Part shown: positions 9,373 through 18,140 of the stretch, piece by piece | Position numbering within the stretch: position 1 is the stretch's first letter | Layout of the letters: every line of letters starts with the position of its first letter | Source of the DNA: Candidatus Marinacidobacterales bacterium | GTDB taxonomy: Bacteria > Acidobacteriota > Vicinamibacteria > Marinacidobacterales > DATDRI01 | Assembly (NCBI GenBank): GCA_965226495.1 | Contig: OZ245365.1 | Location: 5,920,001 to 5,984,000 of the forward strand | DNA: 64,000 bases | Direction: 5' to 3' | Translations under genes and position numbers: made by a program | Notes under the pieces: model-generated | Seen by the model: the letters and a program-made list of their open reading frames with translations, nothing else | Database searches by the model: none | Told to the model about the DNA's origin: nothing

Positions 9373-10401
9373 TTAGTTTTCTGGGCTAGGTAGAGTTCCC
9401 CGAATATTCACTTCGAGTTGGTAGATCTCGCTCGTCCCTGCCAGCGCTAGCCTTCCCATTGAGTCGAACGCCAACCCGACCAGAGGTGGGCTGGATACGA
9501 AGCGCGATCGTTTACCGTTCTGGGTGATCCGGTACACGCCGCTATCGCCGACCAGAGCCTCGCTGACGTAGAGGTTTCCGTCGACGTCGAATGCAAGCCC
9601 TTGCGGTCGTCCGAAGCCGGCGGAGAAAACCTCGACTTTGGCGTCCGGGCTAATACGGAAGACAGAATCGATGCTCGACAAACTGGGGCCGGTGACGAAG
9701 AGGTTTCCGTCGCCATCGAACGCTAAATGATAGGCGGCAATGGAGGGGGCTAACTGGCAAAACAACCGCGGCTCACCGTTTTGCTCGATGCGATAGATGG
9801 TTCCCTGACGGTCTCCCACGTAGAGGACGCCATCCGAATCGAAGGCAAGCCCGGTTGCGATGCCGAGCTCGTCGACTACGAGCTCGACGTCTCGCTGCGG
9901 GCTGACACGGTAGACGGCGCCTTCTTGCCGACTTGAAATGTAGAGGTACCCTTCGCGGTCGAAAGCCAAACCAGAGGGATTCATCACTTCGCTCAGGAAT
10001 GGCTTGACGTTTCCCTCTTGATCGATACGGAAGACCGACACTGGCACCTTCTGGCCGCGGCTTCCGCTGAAAGTGGTGTAGAGGTTTCCGTCTCGATCGA
10101 AAACGGGATTGGATACCGGATGCAGCTCCTCCGCAAGGGTGCGTGCGACGGACGCGGTGAACGCTTCACTCACCGCGCCATCCAGCTCTACCTTGACCGG
10201 CACCGAGCCACGGCCTTCCGGAACGATTACCGAGATCGATTCCGCCGAAACCTTGGCGATCTGTGCGCGGGTCTCTCCGAAGAACACCCGGTGCGCGTGC
10301 GCCTGGGTCGGCTCGAAACCATTGCCCAGGATCTCCAGTCGGCCCCCGGCGACGGCATGTGGCGGACTGATTCCGGAGATGAATGGGTGCGGTGAAGACA
10401 A
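9373..10401 (-). CDS. IPT/TIG domain plus NHL/SMP-30-like beta-propeller protein
   Basis: N-terminal PFISGISP..LEILGNGF..V.FG; repeated PxGLAFDxDGxLYV blades. Confidence 0.8.
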   Translation of the reverse strand: MSSPHPFISGISPPHAVAGGRLEILGNGFEPTQAHAHRVFFGETRAQIAKVSAESISVIVPEGRGSVPVKVELDGAVSEAFTASVARTLAEELHPVSNPVFDRDGNLYTTFSGSRGQKVPVSVFRIDQEGNVKPFLSEVMNPSGLAFDREGYLYISSRQEGAVYRVSPQRDVELVVDELGIATGLAFDSDGVLYVGDRQGTIYRIEQNGEPRLFCQLAPSIAAYHLAFDGDGNLFVTGPSLSSIDSVFRISPDAKVEVFSAGFGRPQGLAFDVDGNLYVSEALVGDSGVYRITQNGKRSRFVSSPPLVGLAFDSMGRLALAGTSEIYQLEVNIRGTLPSPEN

Positions 10402-10468
10402 TTCTTAGTCCTAAGTTAGGGAACTCACGCCATCATAGCATGTGGGAATGTGACCTGCAGAAAACGTC

Positions 10469-11572
10469 CTACTGAAACTCGATGAGCGCTTTTTCAATCA
10501 GGCGTTTGAAAATGATCAGGACTTCATCTTCACGCATCGGGCAGATTTTGAGAATGGAGCGGACGTTCCACTCTCCGTTGACTCGAGAAAGGACAAACCC
10601 TTCGTGAGGGTCGAGCTCCAATTTGGCCAACTCGTTCAGTGACACGGTCAGCGCGGGAATGCCGTCAAGAGGGATTTCGTCGACGCCTTTCGCGTCTTCC
10701 ATCTCCCGCTGTATCTTCAATACGAAGAGCCGGGCGTACTTGTTTTGGGGATCGATGGCGAGGGCCGCTTCGAAAGCAGAGAGAGCCTCCGAGTGCTGGC
10801 CGGCGTTGAAGCAAACGACGCCCTCGCGAAGCTTGTCCTGGAGATCAGCCATTTGCTGCTCGAAAGGAATCTCCTCCATGGCGACCGCGACACTGACTAG
10901 TTTACGTTCGTGGAGCTCGTGGAGACGTGTGGCGGCATAAAAGTCCACCGCGTGGAGCTCGAGGGCGATCTCACCGAGATTCTTTCCCTGCGATACGAGC
11001 TCTAGGATTTTCTGATCCACTTCAGAGAGCTCGGCGCCATCGTCGGGCTCGACCGTGAAGGTGGTAAAGCGAGAAGGGAAGACTTGCTCGATGCGGTTCC
11101 ATTCATCACTGCGTCGCGCCCCCTCGAGGATCACTGCGGTGAGATCCAGAGGGATGTAGACCGAGATTGTCTCTGGCAATTGGTCATCCTCAAAGACGAA
11201 ATCGCCGTCCAGCCAGAGAAAACAGTCGTAGATGCTCTCTCCGGTCTTCAATCGGAGCAGCTCGTTCAACTCCTCGTCGGTCAACAAGTCCTGGCGAATG
11301 AGAATCTGCCCCAGCGGTTCGTGACTGCGGTCCTGCTGGATCAACGCTTTGAACAGCTCTTCCTCGTTTAGCTTTCCGGCGCGGATGAGGAATTGACCGA
11401 GTGTCTCTCGAGGGCTATTCGAAGTGGATGAGAAGAGCTGCCCTTTTTTGAAGAAGAGCCGTTTCTCGATCGGCCCCCGTGTCAGGCGAAGCGTCCCGGT
11501 CTTGAGGTTGTTGCCGCACCATTGGAGGAGATCCCCCACGTGCATGGTCTTGAGGCTCCCCGCGAGGCTCAT
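10469..11572 (-). CDS. DUF4388 (PATAN-like) domain protein with TPR
   Basis: MSLAGSLKTMHVGDLLQW..KTGTL..LFFKKG, LGQILI, ILEGARRSDEW; TPR-like FEAALAIDPQN. Confidence 0.8.
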   Translation of the reverse strand: MSLAGSLKTMHVGDLLQWCGNNLKTGTLRLTRGPIEKRLFFKKGQLFSSTSNSPRETLGQFLIRAGKLNEEELFKALIQQDRSHEPLGQILIRQDLLTDEELNELLRLKTGESIYDCFLWLDGDFVFEDDQLPETISVYIPLDLTAVILEGARRSDEWNRIEQVFPSRFTTFTVEPDDGAELSEVDQKILELVSQGKNLGEIALELHAVDFYAATRLHELHERKLVSVAVAMEEIPFEQQMADLQDKLREGVVCFNAGQHSEALSAFEAALAIDPQNKYARLFVLKIQREMEDAKGVDEIPLDGIPALTVSLNELAKLELDPHEGFVLSRVNGEWNVRSILKICPMREDEVLIIFKRLIEKALIEFQ

Positions 11573-11609
11573 GGGAACCGTTCTTGAACGAAGAAGGAAG
11601 AGGGGGAGC

Positions 11610-12146
11610 TCAACCGTCGTGGTCGAGCTCGACGTTCCAATAGAGGTAGTCGCGCCAACTCTCCGGCACCTCGCGCAGCCCGATCGTTATCCGAATCGAC
11701 GGCAAAAACGTCGGGCGTTTGGGTCGACGGACGAGGCGTAGGCTGGCCTCCTTGGGCGTCTTGCCACCTTTGAGTCGGTTGCAGTCGATGCAACAGGTAA
11801 CGATATTTTCCCAATCCTTGCGGCCACCTCTGGAGACCGGGATCACGTGATCGAATGTCAGCTCAAGGCTGGGTAAACGTCGCGCGCAATACTGGCAACG
11901 GTACTTGTCGCGAAGATAGATGTTGGCGCGCGAAAAAGGCACGCGATGAAAACGTCTGGCGATCCGGACGTGGTGAAGGAGTCGTAAAACCGAGGGCAGC
12001 TTGAATGTGATGGAGACGCTGCGAACGTCGCGATCATACGCTGCCACCACCTCCACCTTGCCCTTGGTGAGGAGCGTGATGGCCTTTTGCCATGACACGA
12101 CCCGGAGTGGCTCGTAGGTGGCATTCAGAAGGAGCGTTTGTTCCAT
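11610..12146 (-). CDS. HNH endonuclease (McrA-like, stand-alone)
   Basis: LLLNATYEPL; RDKYRCQYC; TFDHVIPVSRGG..WENIVTCCIDCNRLKG. Confidence 0.9.
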   Translation of the reverse strand: MEQTLLLNATYEPLRVVSWQKAITLLTKGKVEVVAAYDRDVRSVSITFKLPSVLRLLHHVRIARRFHRVPFSRANIYLRDKYRCQYCARRLPSLELTFDHVIPVSRGGRKDWENIVTCCIDCNRLKGGKTPKEASLRLVRRPKRPTFLPSIRITIGLREVPESWRDYLYWNVELDHDG

Positions 12147-12374
12147 GACCTACCGCTCCCCCGGGCCGCCACGCGCACCAAGCGTGCCGGCGGCACACCC
12201 CCTGCCTGACGAGAAGCGAGTGAACTCCGGGTCGTGGGACTTAGTTTGACGTTGTGCGGGCTTGATGACCCTCCGCTAACGAAACCCCTTAAGGGAGGAA
12301 AACTTGTAACTTCTTTATGTTCCGCCAAAAGTGACCGGATTGTCAAGCTCGCCACCAGGCGGAAATCAATTAAT

Positions 12375-12684
12375 GCGCGCGGGGCCCCACCCCCACGCGC
12401 CGGCGCTCGCTCTTCAATCAGTGGCGCGGGGCCCCACCCCCTCGCCTCATGCTCCGTCGGCAAGCGACTCCGCACGGGCTCAAGGCTGTGCTCGCGTTCA
12501 TTGCCACGGCGCAATCGTCCGCATCGGGCTGCTTCGAGGGTATCAGATGTCCCGGTATCACTTCGAAGCTAATCACCCCCGGGATAATTCCTCCCGGCCG
12601 GAGGGCCTTCGGCCTCACTGGCGCGGGGCTCCACCCCCGCGCCTCATGCTCCGTCGACGAGCGAGCGCTCGGCCTCTCATGGCC
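12375..12684. repeat. Cluster of three GGGGCCCCACCCC-type REP-like repeats
   Basis: GCGCGGGGC(C/T)CCACCCCC cores at about 12377, 12424 and 12621; the last two continue CGCCTCATGCTCCGTCG. Related copies at about 24108 and 50681-50810. Confidence 0.8.
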
Positions 12685-13148
12685 TACAAGTACTGGCGGT
12701 ACACCGGGTTCGACATGCAGTAGGCGCGAATCGTCCCCACTATCAACTTGGAATCTTCTATGGAAAGGTTTTGGAACCGCAACCCTGCCCCTGGGGGAAG
12801 GCTGTGAACAGGATGTTTTTGGTCCCGGTTGACGTAAACCACGATCGCCTGGACCTCGAGGAGCCGATCGTTGCCGGGAACGCGAAACTTGAGAACGACG
12901 TTACGACCCTCCGAGGGCAGCGTGTCCGCCGTCACGTAGACTCCCGCGATCGAAAGATCTATCAAGAAAGCGGGTTCGTCCCTTCCGCCGTTGGAAAGAG
13001 TGCAGCGGCGGACAAAGGGGATTCTAAGCGACCTAGGCGTCGCTGGTCTCACTCTCAATAGCGTTGCTCCTGCCCGATCGTAGCGGATCCGAAGTCCCGC
13101 CCGCCTTCGAAACAAATCAAGGTGCGCAATCTTCTTCCTACCCGTCAT
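12684..13148 (-). CDS. PilZ domain protein
   Basis: RSLRIP..DLSIAG..VVYV..GAGLRF. The RxxxR motif is degenerate and the start is uncertain. Confidence 0.75.
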   Translation of the reverse strand: MTGRKKIAHLDLFRRRAGLRIRYDRAGATLLRVRPATPRSLRIPFVRRCTLSNGGRDEPAFLIDLSIAGVYVTADTLPSEGRNVVLKFRVPGNDRLLEVQAIVVYVNRDQKHPVHSLPPGAGLRFQNLSIEDSKLIVGTIRAYCMSNPVYRQYL

Positions 13149-13186
13149 CCTAAGAGGGGAGTGAAGCGAAGGTCAAAAACGACGTT

Positions 13187-13540
13187 TCAGGAAGTTCCTT
13201 GCGCTTCGGCGTAGGCTACCGCCGAGTCCTCGTCCGGGAATATCTTGAACACTTTGTCGAGCCGAACAACCTTGAGGAGCCTGAAGATTCGCTCGGAAGG
13301 ATTGACCAGAATCACTTGCCGATCTTCCCCTGAGAACTTGGAGAGGTATCCGATGAGCTCGCCGATCCCCGTGCTGTCGATGTAATTGATCCTGGTGAAA
13401 TCGATCAAGATGTTCGTCGTTTCGTTCATCAGGACGTTCTCCAGTGTTTGCGAGAAAAACTCGGCGCTCTCTCCCAGCCGGATAGCTCCCTCGATGTCTA
13501 GGATGGTTAGGTTACTGCGAGAGCGTTTTTCAATGATCAA
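13187..13540 (-). CDS. STAS-domain anti-sigma factor antagonist
   Basis: ILDIEGAI..INYIDSTGIGEL (phosphorylatable Ser)..LVNPSER..LDKVFKIF. Confidence 0.88.
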   Translation of the reverse strand: MIIEKRSRSNLTILDIEGAIRLGESAEFFSQTLENVLMNETTNILIDFTRINYIDSTGIGELIGYLSKFSGEDRQVILVNPSERIFRLLKVVRLDKVFKIFPDEDSAVAYAEAQGTS

Positions 13541-13621
13541 GAAAAGGCCTCCCGCTCAAGTGCACGTGGGTGTCGTGATGTGGGACGAGAAATTCTAGCG
13601 CCGAGCGTGAGAACGTGTCAA

Positions 13622-13881
13622 CCGGCGTCCTGGCTACGCTGATAGTGGCAATGGGATATTTTGGCGGCCGTCACGGTCTAGCGGGCGCGTCCTGCCGCGT
13701 TGGATAACGGCACCCAAAGGTTATTGGACGCCCATCATGTTCTAACCGTCGCGTCTTGCTAGACTGCTAGAAGCACCGCGATATTTTGACGCCCGGCGTC
13801 CTACCGCGTTCGATAGTGGCAACCAACACTCACTGGACGCCCTAGCGGTATTCTGGCGGCCGTCACGGTCTAGCAGGCGCG
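13622..13881. repeat. Degenerate array of ~45-bp GCGTCC...GGACGC units plus a 28-bp direct repeat
   Basis: Units start at 13625, 13687, 13751 and 13796. TGGCGGCCGTCACGGTCTAGCRGGCGCG occurs at 13662-13689 and 13854-13881. Confidence 0.7.
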
Positions 13882-13906
13882 CTCCCTTGTGCTACGATCA
13901 TGACCG

Positions 13907-14893
13907 ATGGTCGTCTTACGCCCTTTGACCCACCGCGTCCTCATGGGGGCTTTGTCCGCAGTATTTCTAAGCGCCGCGTCCCCGTGGGCCAGAAGTCTTC
14001 CCAGCTACATCGACGGGTTCCTCCTGGAGCTGCGAGACGGGAATCGCCAGCGTATTTCGAGACTCGAGGCATCGGGGATCGCCTACAGTCAGGGCCGGCT
14101 AGTGGTCGTCGACGATGTGTTGAGCTCCCTCTTTGTTTTTGATCGCCTGGGGATACTCTCGCAGATGGTATCCCTGGAGGGGTTTCCTGCCGAGGGCGCC
14201 AAGTTCGAGGACTTGGCGTTCGACGAGGTTTCTCAGAGCTTCTTCGCAGTGGGCTCTCATTCGGGATGGGAGCAGGATAGGCTGCAGGCCACGAGCGTAC
14301 TTCTTCGGTTTCGGCTCAAAGAAGGGGCCGAAGGACTGGAGCCCACCGCGAACCGAATCGAAACGTTTCCACTCTACAAGAGCTTCGAGCAACTGGGGCT
14401 CTGGCGTCCAAAGGGCATGAAGATCGAGGGCTTGGCTTTCAACCCGTTGTCGTCGGAGCTTTACGTGGGCCTTAGGGAGCCGACTGACCGAGCCCGCGTT
14501 TACCGCCTCTCGCTGTCCGACTTGGAGAATGCGGCGCGGGGTGGGCCGCCAGCGGAGCTCGAGTTGGCGGCGAGCTTCGATGCCGGGATGATCGAGGATA
14601 CGCCGTTTTGTATTTCGTCGCTTCTCTGGGTTTCCGAGCGTCACGGACTGTTGATTGGCACCAGCACGGAAGACGAGACGACGCACCGTTTCCTGGGTAA
14701 CCGTCTCTGGTTCTACTCGACCGCGGGTCGAGTAGAGCTCCTCCAAGACACCTTCGACCGGGGTAAAAAGACAGAAGGCCTAGCGCAAGGCGACGATTAC
14801 TTGTACATCAGCTACGACAACGATCAGGACGACACCGAGTTGCCGAGCTACGTCCGCACTCTACCCATGGACAGTCTCTTCGGCCCCGACTAA
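13907..14893 (+). CDS. Secreted DUF3616-like beta-propeller protein
   Basis: Signal peptide; EASGIA, FEDLA, GSHS, IEGLA, GLREP and KTEGLA motifs. Confidence 0.65.
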   Translation: MVVLRPLTHRVLMGALSAVFLSAASPWARSLPSYIDGFLLELRDGNRQRISRLEASGIAYSQGRLVVVDDVLSSLFVFDRLGILSQMVSLEGFPAEGAKFEDLAFDEVSQSFFAVGSHSGWEQDRLQATSVLLRFRLKEGAEGLEPTANRIETFPLYKSFEQLGLWRPKGMKIEGLAFNPLSSELYVGLREPTDRARVYRLSLSDLENAARGGPPAELELAASFDAGMIEDTPFCISSLLWVSERHGLLIGTSTEDETTHRFLGNRLWFYSTAGRVELLQDTFDRGKKTEGLAQGDDYLYISYDNDQDDTELPSYVRTLPMDSLFGPD

Positions 14894-14909
14894 AAGGTGA
14901 ATCGCCGCC

Positions 14910-17738
14910 GTGGTCGTTGAAAAACTCAATCGCGCCGACGTTGAGCGACGAATTTTGCGGGCGTTGCGTGAGCTATTGAGCGACTTGGGAGGAGGTCGGG
15001 CGCTCGCCGCGGTGGAGCTCGATGCCTCAATCGAAAGGGATCTCGGTCTGGGAAGCCTAGAGCGAGTGGAGCTCCTCTCCCGACTGGAGAGCGCTTTTGC
15101 GGTAGAGCTTCCCGAATCTGCCTTGGCCGAAGCCGAGACACCCGCCGACCTCGTTGAATTCGTCCTCTCGGTGGAGGCTCCGATCGCCAACGCAAGAGTG
15201 GAAGCCGCGCCGCCGGTCGTTGCCAGTCCATCGCTTTTCGTCGAATCGGAGACTCTCCTCGAAGTGCTTCGTCTCCGAGCAGAGGCGGAGCCTCGAAGAC
15301 CGCACATTCGTCTTCAGGGCGAGCGCGGTCGGGAAGAAGTCATTCGATACGGTGAGCTGCATCGAAGGGCCTGCGAAGTGGCGGGTGGGCTTGCGGAGCG
15401 CGGGGTCGGCCGGGGCGATACGGTGGCCCTCATGCTCCCCACGAGCAGCGACTTCTTCAGTGCCTTTGCCGGGATTCTCCTCGCCGGCGGCGTGCCGGTC
15501 CCCCTGTATCCTCCTTTCAGCCTGGACAGAATCGAAGAGTATGTGGGTCGCCAGGCAGACATCCTCGTCAACTCCCAGGCCGACACGCTCATAACCGTCG
15601 AGCGGGGCCGCTCGGTGGGTCAACTCTTGCGCAGCCGGACGCCCAACATAAGGCATGTCACGACGGTCGACGAGCTTCGCTCGAGCGCGACCGCATTGCC
15701 GGCCCTATCTGTCGATCCGACTGCCCCGGCACTCATTCAGTACACCTCTGGAAGTACCGGCGATCCCAAAGGGGCATTACTTTCTCACCGGAATCTTCTC
15801 TCGAACATTCGAGCGATCGGCGAGGCGCTCGATTTGAAACCGACCGACGTGGGTGTCAGCTGGCTGCCTCTGTACCACGACATGGGTTTGATCGGTTGCT
15901 GGCTGACTCCTCTCGTCTTTGGATTTCCGATCACCATCATGTCGCCGTTGACGTTTCTGTCCAGACCCGAACGGTGGTTGTGGGCGATCCACTCCCGGCG
16001 GGCCACCCTTTCTGCGGCACCTAACTTCGGTTACGAGCTCTGCGTAAGAAAGATCCGAGAGGAAAAGTTGGAGGGACTCGATCTTTCGAGCTGGCGCGGA
16101 GCGCTCAATGGGGCCGAGCCGGTCTCGGCGGACACTATAGATCGGTTCAGTCGAAGGTTTGCGGCCTACGGCTTTCAACCCCAAGCAATGACGCCGGTTT
16201 ACGGTTTGGCGGAATCCTCCCTGGCTCTGTCTATTCCTCCTATCGGTCGTGGACTGCGTGTCGAGAGAATCTCACGAGACCCATTCGAAAACGAGATGCG
16301 GGCGACACCCTCTACCGATAATGATAAGACGGCGCTCCGGTTCGTCTCCGCCGGGTCGCCCCTACCTGGGCATGAGCTTCGGGTCGTCGATGAGGAGGGC
16401 AAGGAACTTCCGGAAAGGGTCGAGGGGGCGCTTCACTTTCGCGGCCCATCCACCATGAGGAGTTACTTCCGAAACACCGAGGCTACGGAGTCGATATCGA
16501 AGCCGGATGGCTGGCTGGACTCCGGGGATCGCGCCTTCGTGGTCGACGGAGAGTATTTCATTACCGGACGCGCCAAGGACATTATCATCCGGGCCGGACG
16601 CAACTTGTATCCCCAGACGATCGAGGAAGTGGTTGCCGACGTGGAAGGAGTGCGGCGCGGTTGTGTCGTCGCTTTCGGTGTCAACGATGCCCGGCTGGGA
16701 ACCGAGAAGGTCGTCGTGGTCGCCGAAGCACGCGTCGAAGCTGACGATGCAAGAGAAAGACTCGCTCTGACGATTCACCAGCGTCTTCTTGACTTGCTTG
16801 GTATCGCGGCGGACGAGGTTCTTGTCGTTCCACCACGCACAGTTCCCAAGACCTCCAGTGGGAAGCTCAGACGCTCGAGCTGTCGAAGCCAGTACCTGAA
16901 GGGGGAGCTCTCGCGAAACAAGCGAGGAAGCCGATTCCTAGTGTGGCAAATGGCCATCCACGCCGCGGTGCTGTCCGTACGTCGCGGCTCGTCCGCGCTC
17001 GGGCGATTTGTCTACGGAGTGTACGTTCTCTTCGTGGCCGCCGGCTTGTTCCTCCCGGTCTGGGCACTTTCCTGGCTTGTTCCCAGATGTCTGTTCTCCC
17101 ACCTATCGCGAATCGGAATCCGACTCTTCTTGTTCTTGGCAGGATACCGCCTTCGAGTAAGCGGTCTGGAGCATCTGGAGGCCGCGATAGAGGGGCCCTT
17201 CGTTCTGGTCTCCAATCATGCCAGCTACATCGACCCGTTGCCTTTGCTGGCGGGGCTCCCGCTCGACTTCGCCTTCGTCGTCAAGAGCGACGCCATGGCT
17301 TGGCCGTTGATGGGAAGACTCATTGAGCGTCTCGGTCACCTGTCGGTTGAGCGCGGCGATCGAAAAAGCAGCGTTAGAGACGCGGAAAAATTTGGGGATG
17401 CCTTGAAGGAGGGGCGCTCGGTCTTCTTCTTCCCGGAAGGGACCTTTACGCGTGCCACTGGATTGCGTCCCTTCAAGATGGGTGCCTTCAAGCTGGCGGC
17501 CGAAGGGGGTTGGGCCATTGTGCCGATAGCGCTCGTGGGTACCCGACGTTTTCTGAGAGATGGGACGTGGCTTCCTCGCGCGAGTGAGCTTACGATTGTG
17601 GTGGAGGCCCCGCTTCTCGCCAGGAACGCCTCGCTCGCTGAGATGGTTCGTTTACGAGACCAGGCAGCGGAGCAAATCGCACGCCACGTCGGCGAACCGC
17701 GGCTCGATTTAATTTCTGCGGGTCGACCATTGTCTTAG
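14910..17738 (+). CDS. ACP - fatty acyl-AMP ligase - PlsC-type acyltransferase fusion
   Basis: LGLGSLERVEL carrier motif; QYTSGSTGDPKG, WLPLYHDMGLIG, YGLAE, PKTSSGK; TM segment; NHASYID (HX4D) and FPEGT. Confidence 0.9.
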   Translation: MVVEKLNRADVERRILRALRELLSDLGGGRALAAVELDASIERDLGLGSLERVELLSRLESAFAVELPESALAEAETPADLVEFVLSVEAPIANARVEAAPPVVASPSLFVESETLLEVLRLRAEAEPRRPHIRLQGERGREEVIRYGELHRRACEVAGGLAERGVGRGDTVALMLPTSSDFFSAFAGILLAGGVPVPLYPPFSLDRIEEYVGRQADILVNSQADTLITVERGRSVGQLLRSRTPNIRHVTTVDELRSSATALPALSVDPTAPALIQYTSGSTGDPKGALLSHRNLLSNIRAIGEALDLKPTDVGVSWLPLYHDMGLIGCWLTPLVFGFPITIMSPLTFLSRPERWLWAIHSRRATLSAAPNFGYELCVRKIREEKLEGLDLSSWRGALNGAEPVSADTIDRFSRRFAAYGFQPQAMTPVYGLAESSLALSIPPIGRGLRVERISRDPFENEMRATPSTDNDKTALRFVSAGSPLPGHELRVVDEEGKELPERVEGALHFRGPSTMRSYFRNTEATESISKPDGWLDSGDRAFVVDGEYFITGRAKDIIIRAGRNLYPQTIEEVVADVEGVRRGCVVAFGVNDARLGTEKVVVVAEARVEADDARERLALTIHQRLLDLLGIAADEVLVVPPRTVPKTSSGKLRRSSCRSQYLKGELSRNKRGSRFLVWQMAIHAAVLSVRRGSSALGRFVYGVYVLFVAAGLFLPVWALSWLVPRCLFSHLSRIGIRLFLFLAGYRLRVSGLEHLEAAIEGPFVLVSNHASYIDPLPLLAGLPLDFAFVVKSDAMAWPLMGRLIERLGHLSVERGDRKSSVRDAEKFGDALKEGRSVFFFPEGTFTRATGLRPFKMGAFKLAAEGGWAIVPIALVGTRRFLRDGTWLPRASELTIVVEAPLLARNASLAEMVRLRDQAAEQIARHVGEPRLDLISAGRPLS

Positions 17739-18133
17739 GTGGTGTCCGAGTCGTAACCGTTTTGGATCGCGTCCACCTCTATTTCGATGAGCATGTCTTT
17801 GTGGATGAGAGAACGGACCTCGATCATGGAGGTGGCGGGTGGATGCTCGGCGAAGAACTCCTGGTGGGCCCGTCCGAATTCTTCCCAGCGACCGATATCG
17901 GTCACGAACATTCGAGTGCGGACCACCGCGGCGCGGCCAACGCTGAGCTCTTGGAGCGCCTTGTCGACGATCTCGAGGCATCTCTTGGCCTGAGCGTAGC
18001 CGTCACCCACAGCGAACACTCCACCGTTGTCATCGACCGGCGCGGTTCCGGAAATGAAGATATGGTCCCCCGCCTTCACGGCGCGGCAATATCCGACCTT
18101 CGACTCCCAGGGGGCGCCGGAGAAGACGCGTTT
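17735..18133 (-). CDS. RidA (YjgF/Rid) family protein; native start codon apparently missing
   Basis: RVFSGAPWESKVGYCRAVKAGDHIFISGT..VVRTRMFV..PATSMIEV..LIEIEVDA. The conserved N-terminus extends upstream of the first available start (GTG 18079). Confidence 0.75.
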   Translation of the reverse strand, partial: KRVFSGAPWESKVGYCRAVKAGDHIFISGTAPVDDNGGVFAVGDGYAQAKRCLEIVDKALQELSVGRAAVVRTRMFVTDIGRWEEFGRAHQEFFAEHPPATSMIEVRSLIHKDMLIEIEVDAIQNGYDSDTT

Positions 18134-18140
18134 TGGAAGG

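Noticed and set aside
11610-12375. IscB/HEARO-type RNA-guided nuclease or homing element
   Set aside because: 178-aa McrA-like HNH with no RuvC or PLMP motifs and no element ends.
12125-12832. Overlapping short ORFs (also 50610-51137)
   Set aside because: They are translations of REP repeats (RGAPPPR, GAGPHP).
13622-13881. CRISPR array or integron attC array
   Set aside because: No constant repeat with uniform unique spacers, no RYYYAAC/GTTRRRY ends, and no cas or intI gene.
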